Below, piece by piece: positions 1-14,005 of a stretch of DNA of 64,000 bases (position 1 is its first letter; each line of letters begins with the position of its first letter). Source of the stretch: Eledone cirrhosa (taxonomy: Eukaryota); the NCBI GenBank assembly GCA_964016885.1, contig OZ024740.1, forward strand, positions 32,550,001 to 32,614,000. The letters run 5' to 3'. Below the pieces are notes generated by a model. It saw only the letters and a program-made list of their open reading frames with translations. It had not been told where the DNA came from and searched no databases. The position numbers were made by a program, and so were the translations under genes.

Positions 1-3000
1 AGGGGACAGACTGTATAATAACTGTGTAGGAGACTGACTGTATAATAACTGTAGGAGACTGACTGTATAATAACTGTAGGAGACTGACTGTATAATAACT
101 GTAGGAGACAGACTGTATAATAACTGTGTAAGAGACTAACCGTATAATAACTGTGTAGGAGACTGACTGTATAATAACTGTGTAGGAGACTGACTGTATA
201 ATAACTGTGTAGGAGACTGACTGTATAATATCTGTGTAAGAGACTGACTGTATAATAACTGTGTAAGAGACTGACTGTATAATAACTGTGTAGGGGACTG
301 ACTGTATAATAACTCTGTAGGGGACAGACTGTATAATAACTGTGTAGGAGACTGACTGTATAATAACTGTAGGAGACTGACTGTATAATAACTGTAGGAG
401 ACTGACTGTATAATAACTGTAGGAGACAGACTGTATAATAACTGTGTAAGAGACTAACCGTATAATAACTGTGTAGGAGACTGACTGTATAATAACTGTG
501 TAGGAGACTGACTGTATAATAACTGTAGGAGACTGACTGTATAATAACTGTAGGAGACAGACTGTATAATAACTGTAGGAGACAGACTGTATTAGAACTG
601 TAGGAGACAGACTGTATAATAACTGTGTAAGAGACTAACCGTATAATAACTGTGTAGGAGACTGACTGTATAATAACTGTGTAGGGGACTGACTGTATAA
701 TAATTGTGTAAGAGACAGACTGTATAATAACTGTAGGAGACTGACTGTATAATAACTGTGTAGGGGACTGACTGTATAATAACTGTGTAGGAGACTGACT
801 GTATAATAACTGTGTAGGAGACTGACTGTATAATAACTGTGTAGGAGACTGACTGTATAATAACTGTGTAGGAGACTGACTGTATAATAACTGTGTAGGG
901 GACTGACTGTATAATAACTGTGCAGGAGACTGACTGTATAATAACTGTGTAGGAGACTGACTGTATAATAACTGTGTAGGGGACTGACTGTATAATAACT
1001 GTGTAGGAGACTGACTGTATAATAACTGTGTAGGAGACTGACTGTATAATAACTGTGGAGGGGACTGACTGTATAATAACTGTGTAGGAGACTGACTGTA
1101 TAATAACTGTGTAGGGGACTGACTGTATAATAACTGTGTAGGAGACAGACTGTATAATAACTGTGTAGGGGACTGACTGTATAATAACTGTGTAGGAGAC
1201 TGATTGTATCATAACTGTGTAAGAGACAGACTGTATAATAACTGTGTAAGAGACAGACTGTATAATAACTGTGTAAGAGACAGACTGTTTAATAACTGTG
1301 TAAGAGACTGACTGTTTAATAACTGTGTAAGAGACAGACTGTTTAATAACTGTGTAAGAGACAGGCTGTATAATAACTGTAGGAGACAGGCTGTATAATA
1401 ACTGTGTAAGAGACAGACTGTATAATAACTGTGTAAGAGACAGGCTGTATAATAACTGTGTAAGAGACAGACTGTATAATAACTGTGTAAGAGACAGGCT
1501 GTATAATAACTGTGTAAGAGACAGGCTGTATAATAACTGTGTAAGAGACTGACTGTATAATAACTGTGTAAGAGACAGGCTGTATAATAACTGTAGGAGA
1601 CAGGCTGTATAATAATTGTGTAGGAGACTGACTGTAAAATAACTGTGTAAGATACAGACTGTATAATAACTGTGTAAGAGACAGGCTGTATAATAACTGT
1701 AGGAGACTGACTGTATAATAATTGTGTAGGAGACTGACTGTATAATAACTGTGTAAGAGACAGACTGTATAATAACTGTGTAGGAGACAGACTGTATAAT
1801 AACTGTGTAGGAGACAGACTGTATAATAACTGTGTAAGAGACTGACTGTATAATAACTGTGTAGGAGACAGACTGTATAATAACTGTGTAAGAGACTAAC
1901 TGTATAATAACTGTGTAGGAGACAGACTGTATAATAACTGTGTAAGAGACTGACTGTATAATAACTGTAGGAGACAGACTGTATAATAACTGTAGGAGAC
2001 AGACTGTATTAGAACTGTAGGAGACAGACTGTATTAGAACTGTAGGAGACAGACTGTATAATAACTGTGTAGGAGACTGACTGTATCATAACTGTGTAGG
2101 AGACTGACTGTATAATAATTGTGTAAGAGACAGACTGTATAATAACTGTAGGAGACACTGTATAATAACTGTGTAGGGGACTGACTGTATAATAACTGTG
2201 TAGGAGACTGACTGTATAATAACTGTGTAGGAGACTGACTGTATAATAACTGTGTAGGGGACTGACTGTATCATAACTGTGTAGGAGACTGACTGTATAA
2301 TAACTGTGTAAGAGACTGACTGTATAATAACTGTGTAGGAGACAGACTGTATAATAACTGTGTAAGAGACTGACTGTATAATAACTGTGCAGGAGACTGA
2401 CTGTATAATAACTGTGTAAGAGACTGACTGTATAATAACTGTGTAGGAGACTGACTGTATAATAACTGTGGAGGAGACTGACTGTATAATAACTGTGTAG
2501 GAGACAGACTGTATAATAACTGTGTAAGAGACTAACCGTATAATAACTGTGTAGGAGACTGACTGTAAAATAACTGCGTAGGAGACAGACTGTATAATAA
2601 CTGTGTAGGAGACAGACTGTATAATAACTGTAGGACACAGACTGTATAATAACTGTGTAAGAGACTAACCGTATAATAACTGTGTAGGAGACTGACTGTA
2701 TAATAACTGTGTAGGAGACAGACTGTATAATAACTGTGTAGGAGACAGACTGTATAATAACTGTGTAGGAGACTGACTGTATAATAATTGTGTAAGAGAC
2801 AGACTGTATAATAACTGTAGGACACAGACTGTATAATAACTGTGTAGGGGACTGACTGTATAATGACTGTGTAGGAGACAGACTGTATAATAACTGTGTA
2901 AGAGACTGACTGTATAATAACTGTGTAGGAGACTGACTGTATCATAACTGTGTAAGAGATTGACTGTATAATAACTGTGTAAGAGATTGACTGTATAATA

Positions 3001-6000
3001 ACTGCGTAAGAGACTGACTGTATAATAACTGTGTAAGAGACAGACTGTATAATAACTGTGTAGGAGACTGACTGTATAATAACTGTGTAAGAGACTGACT
3101 GTATAATAACTGTGTAGGGGACTGACTGTATAATAACTCTGTAGGGGACAGACTGTATAATAACTGTGTAGGAGACTGACTGTATAATAACTGTAGGAGA
3201 CTGACTGTATAATAACTGTAGGAGACAGACTGTATAATAACTGTAGGAGACAGACTGTATAATAACTGTAGGAGACAGACTGTATAATAACTGTAGGAGA
3301 CTGACTGTATAATAACTGTAGGAGACTGACTGTATAATAACTGTAGGAGACAGACTGTATCATAACTGTGTAGGAGACTGACTGTATAATAACTGTAGGA
3401 GACAGACTGTATAATAACTGTAGGAGACTGACTGTATAATAACTGTAGGAGACAGACTGTATAATAACTGTAGGAGACTGACTGTATAATAACTGTAGGA
3501 GACAGACTGTATAATAACTGTAGGAGACAGACTGTATAATAACTGTAGGAGACTGACTGTATAATAACTGTAGGAGACAGACTGTATCATAACTGTGTAG
3601 GAGACTGACTGTATAATAACTGTAGGGGACTGACTGTATAATAACTGTAGGAGACAGACTGTATAATAACTGTAGGAGACAGACTGTATAATAACTGTAG
3701 GAGACTGACTGTATAATAACTGTAGGAGACAGACTGTATAATAACTGTAGGAGACTGACTGTATAATAACTGTAGGAGACAGACTGTATAATAACTGTAG
3801 GAGACAGACTGTATAATAACTGTAGGAGACAGACTGTATTAGAACTGTAGGAGACAGACTGTATTAGAACTGTAGGAGACAGACTGTATTAGAACTGTAG
3901 GAGACTGACTGTATAATAACTGTGTAGGAGACAGACTGTATAATAACTGTGTAGGAGACTGACTGTATAATAACCGTGTAAGAGATTGACTGTATAATAA
4001 CTGTGTAGGAGACAGACTGTATAATAACTGTGTAGGAGACTGACTGTATAATAACTGTGTAGGAGACTGACTGTATAATAACTGTGTAAGAGACTAACTG
4101 TATAATAACTGTGGAGGAGACTGACTGTATAATAACTGTGTAGGAGACAGACTGTATTAGAACTGTAGGAGACAGACTGTATAATAACTGTGTAGGAGAC
4201 AGACTGTATAATAACTGTGTAGGAGACTGACTGTATAATAACCGTGTAAGAGATTGACTGTATAATAACTGTGTAGGAGACAGACTGTATAATAACTGTG
4301 TAGGAGACAGACTGTATAATAACTGTGTAGGAGACTGACTGTATAATAACTGTGTAAGAGACAGACTGTATAATAACTGTGTAGGAGACAGACTGTATAA
4401 TAACTGTGTAAGAGACTGACTGTATAATAACTGTGTAGGGGACAGACTGTATAATAACTGTGCAGGAGACTGACTGTATAATAACTGTAGGAGACTGACT
4501 GTATAATAACTGTAGGAGACTGACTGTATAATAACTGTAGGAGACAGACTGTATAATAACTGTAGGAGACAGACTGTATAATAACTGTAGGAGACAGACT
4601 GTATTAGAACTGTAGGAGACAGACTGTATAATAACTGTGTAGGAGACTGACTGTATAATAACTGTGTAAGAGACTGACTGTAAAATAACTGTGTAGGGGA
4701 CAGACTGTATAATAACTGTAGGAGACAGACTGTATTAGAACTGTAGGAGACAGACTGTATTAGAACTGTAGGAGACAGACTGTATAATAACTGTGTAGGA
4801 GACTGACTGTATAATAACTGTGTAGGAGACAGACTGTATAATAACTGTGTAGGAGACAGACTGTATAATAACTGTGTAGGAGACTGACTGTATAATAACT
4901 GTGTAGGGGACAGACTGTATAATAACTGTAGGAGACAGACTGTATTAGAACTGTAGGAGACAGACTGTATTAGAACTGTAGGAGACAGACTGTATAATAA
5001 CCGTGTAAGAGATTGACTGTATAATAACTGTGTAGGAGACAGACTGTATAATAACTGTGTAGGAGACAGACTGTATAATAACTGTGTAGGGGACTGACTG
5101 TATAATAACTGTGTAGGAGACAGACTGTATAATAACTGTGTAGGAGACAGACTGTATAATAACTGTGTAGGAGACAGACTGTATAATAACTGTGTAGGGG
5201 ACTGACTGTATAATAACTGTGTAGGGGACTGACTGTATAATAACTGTGTAGGAGACAGACTGTATAATAACTGTGTAGGAGACAGACTGTATAATAACTG
5301 TGTAGGAGACAGACTGTATAATAACTGTGTAGGGGACTGACTGTATAATAACTGTGTAGGAGACAGACTGTATAATAACTGTGTAGGAGACAGACTGTAT
5401 AATAACTGTGTAGGAGACAGACTGTATAATAACTGTGTAGGAGACTGACTGTATAATAACTGTGTAAGAGACAGACTGTATAATAACTGTGTAGGAGACA
5501 GACTGTATAATAACTGTGTAGGAGACTGACTGTATAATAACCGTGTAAGAGATTGACTGTATAATAACTGTGTAGGAGACAGACTGTATAATAACTGTGT
5601 AGGAGACAGACTGTATAATAACTGTGTAGGAGACTGACTGTATAATAACTGTGTAAGAGACAGACTGTATAATAACTGTGTAGGAGACAGACTGTATAAT
5701 AACTGTGTAAGAGACTGACTGTATAATAACTGTGTAGGAGACAGACTGTATAATAACTGTGTAGGAGACTGACTGTATAATAACTGTGTAGGAGACTGAC
5801 TGTATAATATCTGTGTAAGAGACTGACTGTATAATAACTGTGTAAGAGACTGACTGTATAATAACTGTGTAGGGGACTGACTGTATAATAACTCTGTAGG
5901 GGACAGACTGTATAATAACTGTGTAGGAGACTGACTGTATAATAACTGTAGGAGACTGACTGTATAATAACTGTAGGAGACTGACTGTATAATAACTGTA

Positions 6001-7210
6001 GGAGACAGACTGTATAATAACTGTAGGAGACAGACTGTATAATAACTGTAGGAGACAGACTGTATTAGAACTGTAGGAGACAGACTGTATAATAACTGTG
6101 TAGGAGACTGACTGTATCATAACTGTGTAGGAGACTGACTGTATAATAATTGTGTAAGAGACAGACTCTATAATAACTGTAGGAGACTGACTGTATAATA
6201 ACTGTGTAGGGGACTGACTGTATAATAACTGTGTAGGAGACTGACTGTATAATAACTGTGTAGGAGACTGACTGTATAATAACTGTGTAGGAGACTGACT
6301 GTATAATAACTGTGTAGGAGACTGACTGTATAATAACTGTGTAGGGGACTGACTGTATAATAACTGTGTAGGAGACTGACTGTATAATAACTGTGTAGGA
6401 GACTGACTGTATAATAACTGTGTAGGGGACTGACTGTATAATAACTGTGTAGGAGACTGACTGTATAATAACTGTGTAAGAGACTGACTGTATAATAACT
6501 GTGTAGGGGACTGACTGTATAATAACTCTGTAGGGGACAGACTGTATAATAACTGTGTAGGAGACTGACTGTATAATAACTGTAGGAGACTGACTGTATA
6601 ATAACTGTAGGAGACTGACTGTATAATAACTGTAGGAGACAGACTGTATAATAACTGTAGGAGACAGACTGTATAATAACTGTAGGAGACAGACTGTATT
6701 AGAACTGTAGGAGACAGACTGTATAATAACTGTGTAGGAGACTGACTGTATCATAACTGTGTGGGAGACTGACTGTATCATAACTGTGTAGGAGACTGAC
6801 TGTATAATAACTGTGTAGGGGACTGACTGTATAATAATTGTGTAAGAGACAGACTGTATAATAACTGTAGGAGACTGACTGTATAATAACTGTAGGAGAC
6901 AGGCTGTATAATAACTGTGTAGGAGACTGACTGTATAATAACTGTGTAGGAGACTGACTGTATAATAACTGTGTAGGAGACTGACTGTATAATAACTGTG
7001 TAGGGGACTGACTGTATAATAACTGTGTAGGAGACTGACTGTATAATAACTGTGTAGGAGACTGACTGTATAATAACTGTGTAGGGGACTGACTGTATAA
7101 TAACTGTGTAGGAGACTGACTGTATAATAACTGTGTAAGAGACTGACTGTATAATAACTGTGTAGGAGACAGACTGTATAATAACTGTAGGATACAGACT
7201 GTATAATAAC
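1..7210. repeat. Satellite, mixed 27-bp and 25-bp units (TGTGTAGGAGACTGACTGTATAATAAC; the 25-mer lacks one TG); runs off the left edge
   Basis: Uninterrupted tandem units read directly, with recurrent variants (GACTG/GACAG, AGG/AAG/GGG, TATTAG). Confidence 0.98.
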
Positions 7211-7323
7211 TACACAGTTATTATACAGTCAGTCTCCTACACAGTTATTATACAGTCTCTCTCTTACACAGTTATTATACAGTCAGTCTCCTACAGTTAT
7301 TATACAGTCAGTCTCCTACAGTT
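7211..7323 (-). repeat. About 4 inverted units of the 25/27-bp satellite
   Basis: TACACAGTTATTATACAGTCAGTCTCCTAC is the reverse complement of the array unit. Confidence 0.95.
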
Positions 7324-10300
7324 GGGGAGTGCTCGACCGGAAGGGTGGTTGGCTGGAAGCATTCGCAGAGGGAACGTTAGCCGCTTTTGCTAAGCTGGCA
7401 AGAATTAGATGGAACGGTGAACGCGTTGACATTTTCGCAGTGGAAATTCAGCGATTGGCCATGTTGGCTGGATATCAGGTGGAATGCGAATGCACGGTGC
7501 GGTTGGCGTGTCATAAATGGATTTCCAGACGACATAGCGGTGAAACTGCAGCAAGTCTCGGGTTACAAAGAAATGTAGATGCGTGCACTGGTGGAACAAG
7601 CCTGCATCATAGCAGAAGATGTTAAGAATAGTGTCGCGGCGATAGCAATTACAGAGGCCCAATGCAGCTGGCAGCGAAATGGTGAAAGGGAGGCAACCAC
7701 GGGACGCGGTCGCCCGCGAACGTTTAGAGGTCGCTGTTTTAGGTACCAGGGCCCGCACATGGCGAGAGACTGTAGAGAGTCAAGGCCGGACTAAATATGC
7801 TACCGGTGTAAACGACCAGGCCACATCGCTACTAGTTGCGACCAGGGAAACGATGCAAGGAGAACTACTGCGCCGGTAGCTGCCCCTTACGAGTAGAGGC
7901 GCTGCCCATAGTGAAAGTCTTCGTGGGGTGGCACAGAGGTGGAGAGGGAAGAGCAGCGTAAGGACAGTCGACGGTAGGAAAATTGAATGCCGAGGTCGCA
8001 GCGAGGTGGAGATGTGGTACGGGGAAAGAAAATAAGACTTTCTGTCATCGTAGTCGACAACGTGGTGGGTGGGATTGGCGTGGTTATGAGTATGGACGCA
8101 ATTGGCCGTCTAGGAGGCGTCACAGTGAACAACGTTGGTGTGTCATTTGGCGGCGCTGCATCGGTATGCACTGTGAGTACGCAACAGGAGAACCAGAAGG
8201 CCTGCGAGGAGAAATACCCCGCTTACACTGTGCAGGACAAAGACTTCAAGGCCGTGTTCGATGAGCAGCGATGGGTTGTTGAGTGGTACTGGAAGGGAGA
8301 ACCACCAACACTGAAGACCAAAGTGGGCTGCTATCAACACACATTGAAGGGAGACATTAGGAGCGAGTTCGAGTGAGAGGTAGAGAGATGGATTGAGGAG
8401 GGCATACTGTTTCCCTGGAAAGAGGAGGTAAAGTGCGGAGTATTGCCATTAATGGCGGTGCCGCAACCCACGTAGAACAAGGTGAGGTCGGTACTGGATT
8501 TTCGGGAGCTGAACGAGCACGTGTCATGCCACACGTGTGGCGAGGTCACGGATGTCTGTGGGGAAACCCTGCGTGAGTGGAGATGCATGACGGGGGGGTT
8601 CCGCAATCGTCGATCTACAGTCGGCATACCTGCAATTACATATAGATGAGAAGCTCTGGCAGTATCAGCTGGTCAGGTATAAGGGCCGGACATATTGCCT
8701 GACCAGGCTCGACTTCGGGCTGAACTCTGCACCGAAGATCATGGCGGCGGTCCTCAAGACCATTCTGGGAAAGGCCGACAAGATGAAGAGGGCTACCAAT
8801 TCCTACATCGACGACATCCTAGTGGACGAGACTGTAGTGCTGGTGGCGGAGGTCACAACCCATTTACAGGGGTATGGACTGGCTGCGAAGCCGTCGGAGA
8901 CATTGGAGGGAGGAGCTGCACTGGGACTTAGGCTGCGGCGAGACAGGACGGACGTCTTGGTATTCCAGAGGGGAAATGAAGTTCCAGAACTGGGCCCAAT
9001 TATGAGTAGACGGGAACTCTTCTTGGCGTGTGGAAAATTGGTGGGTCACTACTCGATTGCTGGGTGGCTCCGGACGGCATGCAGCTATGTCAAGAGACGA
9101 GCGGGAGGGGTGACTTGGAGTGACAGAGTGGGAGAGAGGACGGTGGCCGTGATGCAGGAGATCGTGGGGAGGGTGAAGGCCGACGACCCAGTGCGAGAAT
9201 GCTGGTATGTCCCCAAATTGCAGAGCGGGATCGCATGGTGTGATGCCAGCAGCATAGCGCTGGGTATCACGTTGGAGATAGGAGGTGTTGAGGTCGAGGG
9301 TGCAGCCTGGCTAAGGAAGAAGGACGACTGCAACCCATCAATGTGGCAGAGCTGGACACGGTATTGAGAGGAGTGAACCTCGCCCTGAGGTGGGGACTGC
9401 GCACCATCGAGATACCCACCGACTCGGCTACTGTACTCGGATGGGTGAGATCAGTGCTCACCAGTGAGAAGAGAGTGCGAACAAGAGAGGCGGCGGAGAT
9501 GCTGATAAAGCGCCGCCTGGGAACTTTAGGAGAGCTGGCCGCCGAGTTTGACCTGAGGCTGAGCGTAGTTTTCGTGCCCTCAGAGAAAAATAGGGCGGAC
9601 ATTTTAACCAGGGTGAAGAAAGCCTGGATGGAAGCGTCGGAGGAGGTAGAAGAGGAGATAGCTGCCGTGTGTCAGCTGACCGAGTCGGATCTGAAAGGGT
9701 TGCACGACATGCACCACATGAGAGTGGATAGGACTCTGTTCCTAGCCAGGAGAATCGACTCGGACGTTAACAGACACAGTGTTCAAAGGGTGGTTAGAGG
9801 CTGTGTCCGATGTCAGTCCATTGATCCTGCCCCGGGTGTGCACGAAGCGGGAAGCCTCCCGGTGGATCGCGACTGGAAGCGATTGGCGGTGGATGTAACA
9901 CACTACCGACAGGGAACGTACCTCTAAATGGTCGACTGTGGACCAGGACGGATGGCGATATGGAGGAAATCATGCGGACGTTGAGAGGTGTTCTTGGAGC
10001 GGCGCCCTGTGGACAAACTGCTGATGGACAACAGCGCAGCGCTCCGCTCGGAGGCGCTGAGGGAGACGCTCGATGGATGGAAGGTGGACCGTTTCTTCAG
10101 AGCAGCGTACAACCAAGCGGAAATGGAATCGTGGAGTGACACCACCGGACGATCAAAGCAATGGCGGAGTGGGGCCAGATCTCACCAATGGAGGCAGTGT
10201 TCTGGTACAACATGTCTCCTCGGGTGGGACAGGTTGAGGAATCGGTGCCACACAGAGCAGTATTCAGATACGAGTGGCGGCACCCGTACACGCCACCACA

Positions 10301-10807
10301 ACGGCCAGTGTGGAGAGAGAATGCATTTGTGCAGGTGGGCGAAGAAGTCTGGGTTACACCCCCAGATGCACGTTGCACATCTCAATGGAGAAGGGGAACG
10401 GTGATGGCCGTAAATTCCCAGAACAATGTGTCCGTGGACGGAGTACCACGTCATGTCCTGGATGTCCGTAGAATTACTGTGTCAACGGACTCCGAGAAAG
10501 AGGAAACCCAAAGTGCCGCCCCAACAACCTGGACAGCAGACTTTCATATGCAGAAGGACGAGGGGGAAATTGATCCTTGAGATTAGGGGGGCGTGTGGGT
10601 ATGGTGTGGTGTGCGGTGGCCGGAGGCTGGGGAGTGCTTGACCGGAAGGGCCAACAGGTCGGTCTCTCTCTAGGGTGATCAGCGAACGTGGTAGACGTCA
10701 GTTTTGCAGCTCCCGGTTATCGAGTTGGATTGTACGCACATGGGAGAGGAGAAACCAGCCATTTGGATTTAGCGGCGCCTGCGAAAGCGGTAGCTTTTCT
10801 AACCACA
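7323..10807 (+). mobile_element. Decayed Ty3/Gypsy-like LTR retrotransposon (gag-PR-RT-RNaseH-INT), 5' end deleted
   Basis: Gag zinc knuckles (CFRYQGPHMARDC; CYRCKRPGHIATSC at ~7798). RT motifs VLDFRELN, FGLNSAP, YIDD (8804). RNase H WCDASS...AELD...TDS. Integrase HHCC (HDMHH...CVRC) and DDE (AVDVT, LMDN, GNGIVE). Many stops and frameshifts. Confidence 0.93.
10594..10807 (+). repeat. 3' LTR (214 bp) preceded by a polypurine tract
   Basis: GAGATTAGGGGGGCG is followed by TGTGG...CCACA inverted termini. 10628-10650 matches 7323-7345 at 22/23 nt (5' LTR remnant). Confidence 0.8.
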
Positions 10808-11981
10808 ATAATAAGTTAACATGCCAAATCTTTTTTTCCAGGTTGAAGATTGGGCCGCTACAGTACTTGTCTTAATAGACTGGTAATTCCACGATGCAGT
10901 CGGGGCATGCGGACAACTTGGAGGCTCGATATGCAATAACGTTTTATGTCAATCTTGGCAAAATTGCTGCAGAAACCTATGAAATAGTTAAAACTGTTTA
11001 CGGACTAACTTTCATGAGCCAGGTGACTGTTTTCCGCTAGCCAAGAGTTCCAGGAAGGCAGGAAGCAAATGAGAGATGACAAGAGGTATGGCAGGGAGAG
11101 AGACATCAGGATGCCAAAGTTGGTTGACAAAATTTACAAATTTCTAGATGAGGACCATCATCTTCTGATGATTGTTAAACAATTTGAAGAAGCTGAGGGC
11201 ACTGTGTACAGAATCATTCATGACAATCTAAACAAATGCAAAGTTTGTGCAAAGTTTATTCCCAGGGTGTTCAATGAAGATCAAAGGTAGAGGCGCATTA
11301 ATGATAGCAGGGAGATGGTCGAGTGGATAGCTTCAAATCCAAATGTCCTCGAGTCTCTGGTAACCTGTAACAAGAGCTGGGTCTATTGATATGATCCAGA
11401 GACCAAGAGACAGAGTGCCCAGTGGAAACATTCTGACTCCCCAAGACCCAAGAAGGCCAGGCAAAGCAGGTCCATTAGGAGGCTCAAGATGATCTCATTC
11501 TTCAACAGCAAGGACATCATCTACATCCACTGGGTTCCACATGGCCAGAAAGTCAACAAAGAGTACTATGTAGAGATTTTGAGGCAGTTCAGAAAGAGAT
11601 TTTGTTGCAAGAGACCAGAACTATTCAAGTCTGGTCAGTGGCAACCGCACCAGGACAATGCCTCCTGCCACAAATCCATCCACTTGGCCGATAAGGGGAT
11701 CAAAACTGTCCCTCATCCTCCCTACAGTCCAGACTTAGCCCCATGTGACTTCTGGATGTTCCTGAAGTTGAAGGAGAAGCTCAGAGGTATCCACTTTGAG
11801 GATGTGGAGTAGATGAAGGAGGCTGTCAAAAGCACCCTAGACACCTTCCAGAAATGGGTGGAGCAATACAAGTGCGTTGAAGTTGGAGGATCCTACTTTG
11901 AGGGAGACTAAAGTTTTGTGTTGATCTGAGTTCAAGAAATGTCTCTCTGATAAAAGTCTCAAACCCCTTCAGTGTACCTTA
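10808..11981 (+). mobile_element. Decayed mariner (DD34D-type) transposon, left end lost
   Basis: N-terminal HTH (MQSGHADNLEARYAITFYVNLGK at 10894), WVPHG, HQDNA, PHPPYSPDLAPCDFWMF; in-frame stops; right TIR-like end followed by TA. Confidence 0.92.
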
Positions 11982-12384
11982 TATTCAAATTGTTGATGTT
12001 GTTGTTTAGCACCCATATCTGTCTGAAATCAAAAGTATTCCAGCTGTGATCATCACATCTTTTTCCTATATGCAGAGAATCCAGGAACATATCTAATATA
12101 TTTTTCAAACATATTAAGTTGCAATTTGAAGCAAATTCGATAGATATTTCTATCTAAATGAACGACCATGTAGAGGCTTCCTTGTTAGCCCATAAACTCT
12201 TGGTGAGTGGGTTCTGCAACCTAATTTTAATTCCCATTTGTAGCAAAATTTATTTATATCACTTACAAAAAACATCACCACTCTAACTAATTCTTTTACT
12301 GTATAAAACACCAGCCAAATTCAGAATTTATGATATTTATTTCTAACAGTCAGATGAAATAAGGTACCTAGGTTATTAAGTTTA

Positions 12385-13185
12385 AATAGAAGAACCCCAG
12401 GCGCATTCCTGATAGCAGGTATAGAGGAGGACTTCTTATTACGAGGTCGGCAGATGGTCTGCCAGAACACTTTATTTGCTGATCTGAAGTTGTATTCCAG
12501 CTTAACTCCAAAGTCCTCCCATGTCATAACTTTGGACGCCTTTACTGTCTCTGCTGTGATTCTTTGTGCCTGTTTGTACCGCAAGTGTAAGAAGGAGGGC
12601 TTATTTCTAAGCTAAGCTTTGTAGGCCTCCCTCTTTGTTTGGATGTCATCTTTGACCCCTTGATTGAACCAAGGGGTCCTCCTACCATTTGGCGCCAAAC
12701 TAAGTCTCTTTCGCCCACAGCATACAACAACTGAAGCAGAAACTGCTGAGCTGAACAATCTCTATTCTGTTTCAATATCGTCAGTTTGGTCCGGGAGTTC
12801 TCTGAATTTGGATGCAATAGTATCTGCATACCTGTTTCTGACTTCCTTATCCACCAATGCTTCCCACTTTGTTTTGTAGGCTGCCCCTAAACCTGACAGT
12901 TTTGTGACCTTCTTTGGCTTTAGCTAGTCTCAAGTTGTAGATAACTAGATGGTGATCAGTTGACAGCTCAGAACCTTTCTTAACACAAACATCCAGCATA
13001 GAATCAAAAAGATCAGAGACAATAACAAAATCAATTATTGATCTCTGTCCCTGATTCTACTTATACCATGTATATTTATGGATGTCTCTGTGCTGGAAGA
13101 AGGTGTTCATAACGGAGAGTCCATTGCTAGAACAGAAGTCTAATAAGGCCTCTCCATTTGTATTTAAATCAAGGTCACCATTCCC
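12385..13185 (-). mobile_element. RTE-clade LINE fragment (end of AP endonuclease plus downstream linker)
   Basis: Minus-strand translation gives NTFFQHR...IIDFVIVS...LSTDHHLV and WEDFGVKLE...ANKVFWQTI. Confidence 0.8.
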
Positions 13186-13189
13186 ATTC

Positions 13190-13610
13190 AATGTGGGAGT
13201 TGAACTCTGCCAAGTACTGTTATCTCTCCTGTTCATTTTTCATGAACAGGATTGACATGTGCAGCTGGGTTGGAAGTAGTATCACAACTGGCAGGTATAA
13301 AATCAGTCGGCTGGAATTTGCAGATGACATGGTGTTACTAAACACTGTAAAATGGTCATGTTGGTGACACAGCAAAAAGCGCCCTGTACACACTGTAAAG
13401 TGATCGCTTTGGTGCCACAATATAAAGCACCCAGTCCACGTGGTAAATGTGGTTGACGTTAGGAAGGGCATCCAGCCATAAAAACCAGTTCTGTATGAGC
13501 AAATGCGATCATCTGATTTGAGTTGTCTCACAATAGGACAACTCATCTAATCCATGCTAGCATGGAAAAATGGATGTTAAACAGCAATGATGATGATGAT
13601 GACGACGATG
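13190..13610 (+). mobile_element. RTE RT fragment joined to an RTE/SINE-type 3' end with (GAT)n tail
   Basis: ISRLEFADDMVLL, then GTTAGGAAGGGCATCCAGCC...CATGGAAAAATGGATGTTAAA(GAT)n, a 3' end shared with 34700-35035, 44300-44441, 50770-50889 and 59330-59522. Confidence 0.8.
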
Positions 13611-13662
13611 GTGAAGATGAAATAATTACTTTGGTAAAAACAAAAATCACTCTAAATATTAC

Positions 13663-13772
13663 CTTTGGCTAGTGGTAACCCATAGTGAACACATTTTGAT
13701 CCGAATGCAAAAATGCCATTTTCTTCCTTAACAATCAGTACTGTTTCGTCTTTGACAGCAATTTCTTTGACT
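13663..13772 (-). CDS. AIFM3: AIFM3-like coding exon 4 (first half of the Rieske 2Fe-2S domain)
   Basis: Pyrimidine tract-AAG|A GTC AAA...GCC AAA G|gtaata translates VKEIAVKDETVLIVKEENGIFAFGSKCVHYGLPLAKG. It carries the Rieske CxH box and closely resembles the AIFM3 segment recalled as KCPHYGAPLVKG. Confidence 0.88.
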
Positions 13773-14005
13773 CTTAGAAGAGAAAAAAAAGAGGAATTGT
13801 AAGCACAATGAATTTTCAAAATTTTCTAAAGAACTAATGTATAAATATCATTATCAACTTTCACTAACTCTATAGATTTTTCCACAAATCAAATACGGGG
13901 ACAATTGTAATTTCTTGTACTAAATCACATGCACATATTCAGTGTAGCTGCAATCTACTGCAATGAATTATATCACCTTAATACTTATATAGAACAAGAT
14001 GTATT

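Noticed and set aside
592-6781. Long ORFs (up to 391 aa) with VIIQSVSYT / LLHSYYTVS repeats
   Set aside because: Translation of a 27-bp (multiple of 3) satellite; the frames are broken by 25-mers.
1-7210. Hundreds of TATAAT (-10 box-like) hexamers
   Set aside because: Part of the satellite unit in eukaryotic DNA; there is no bacterial promoter context.
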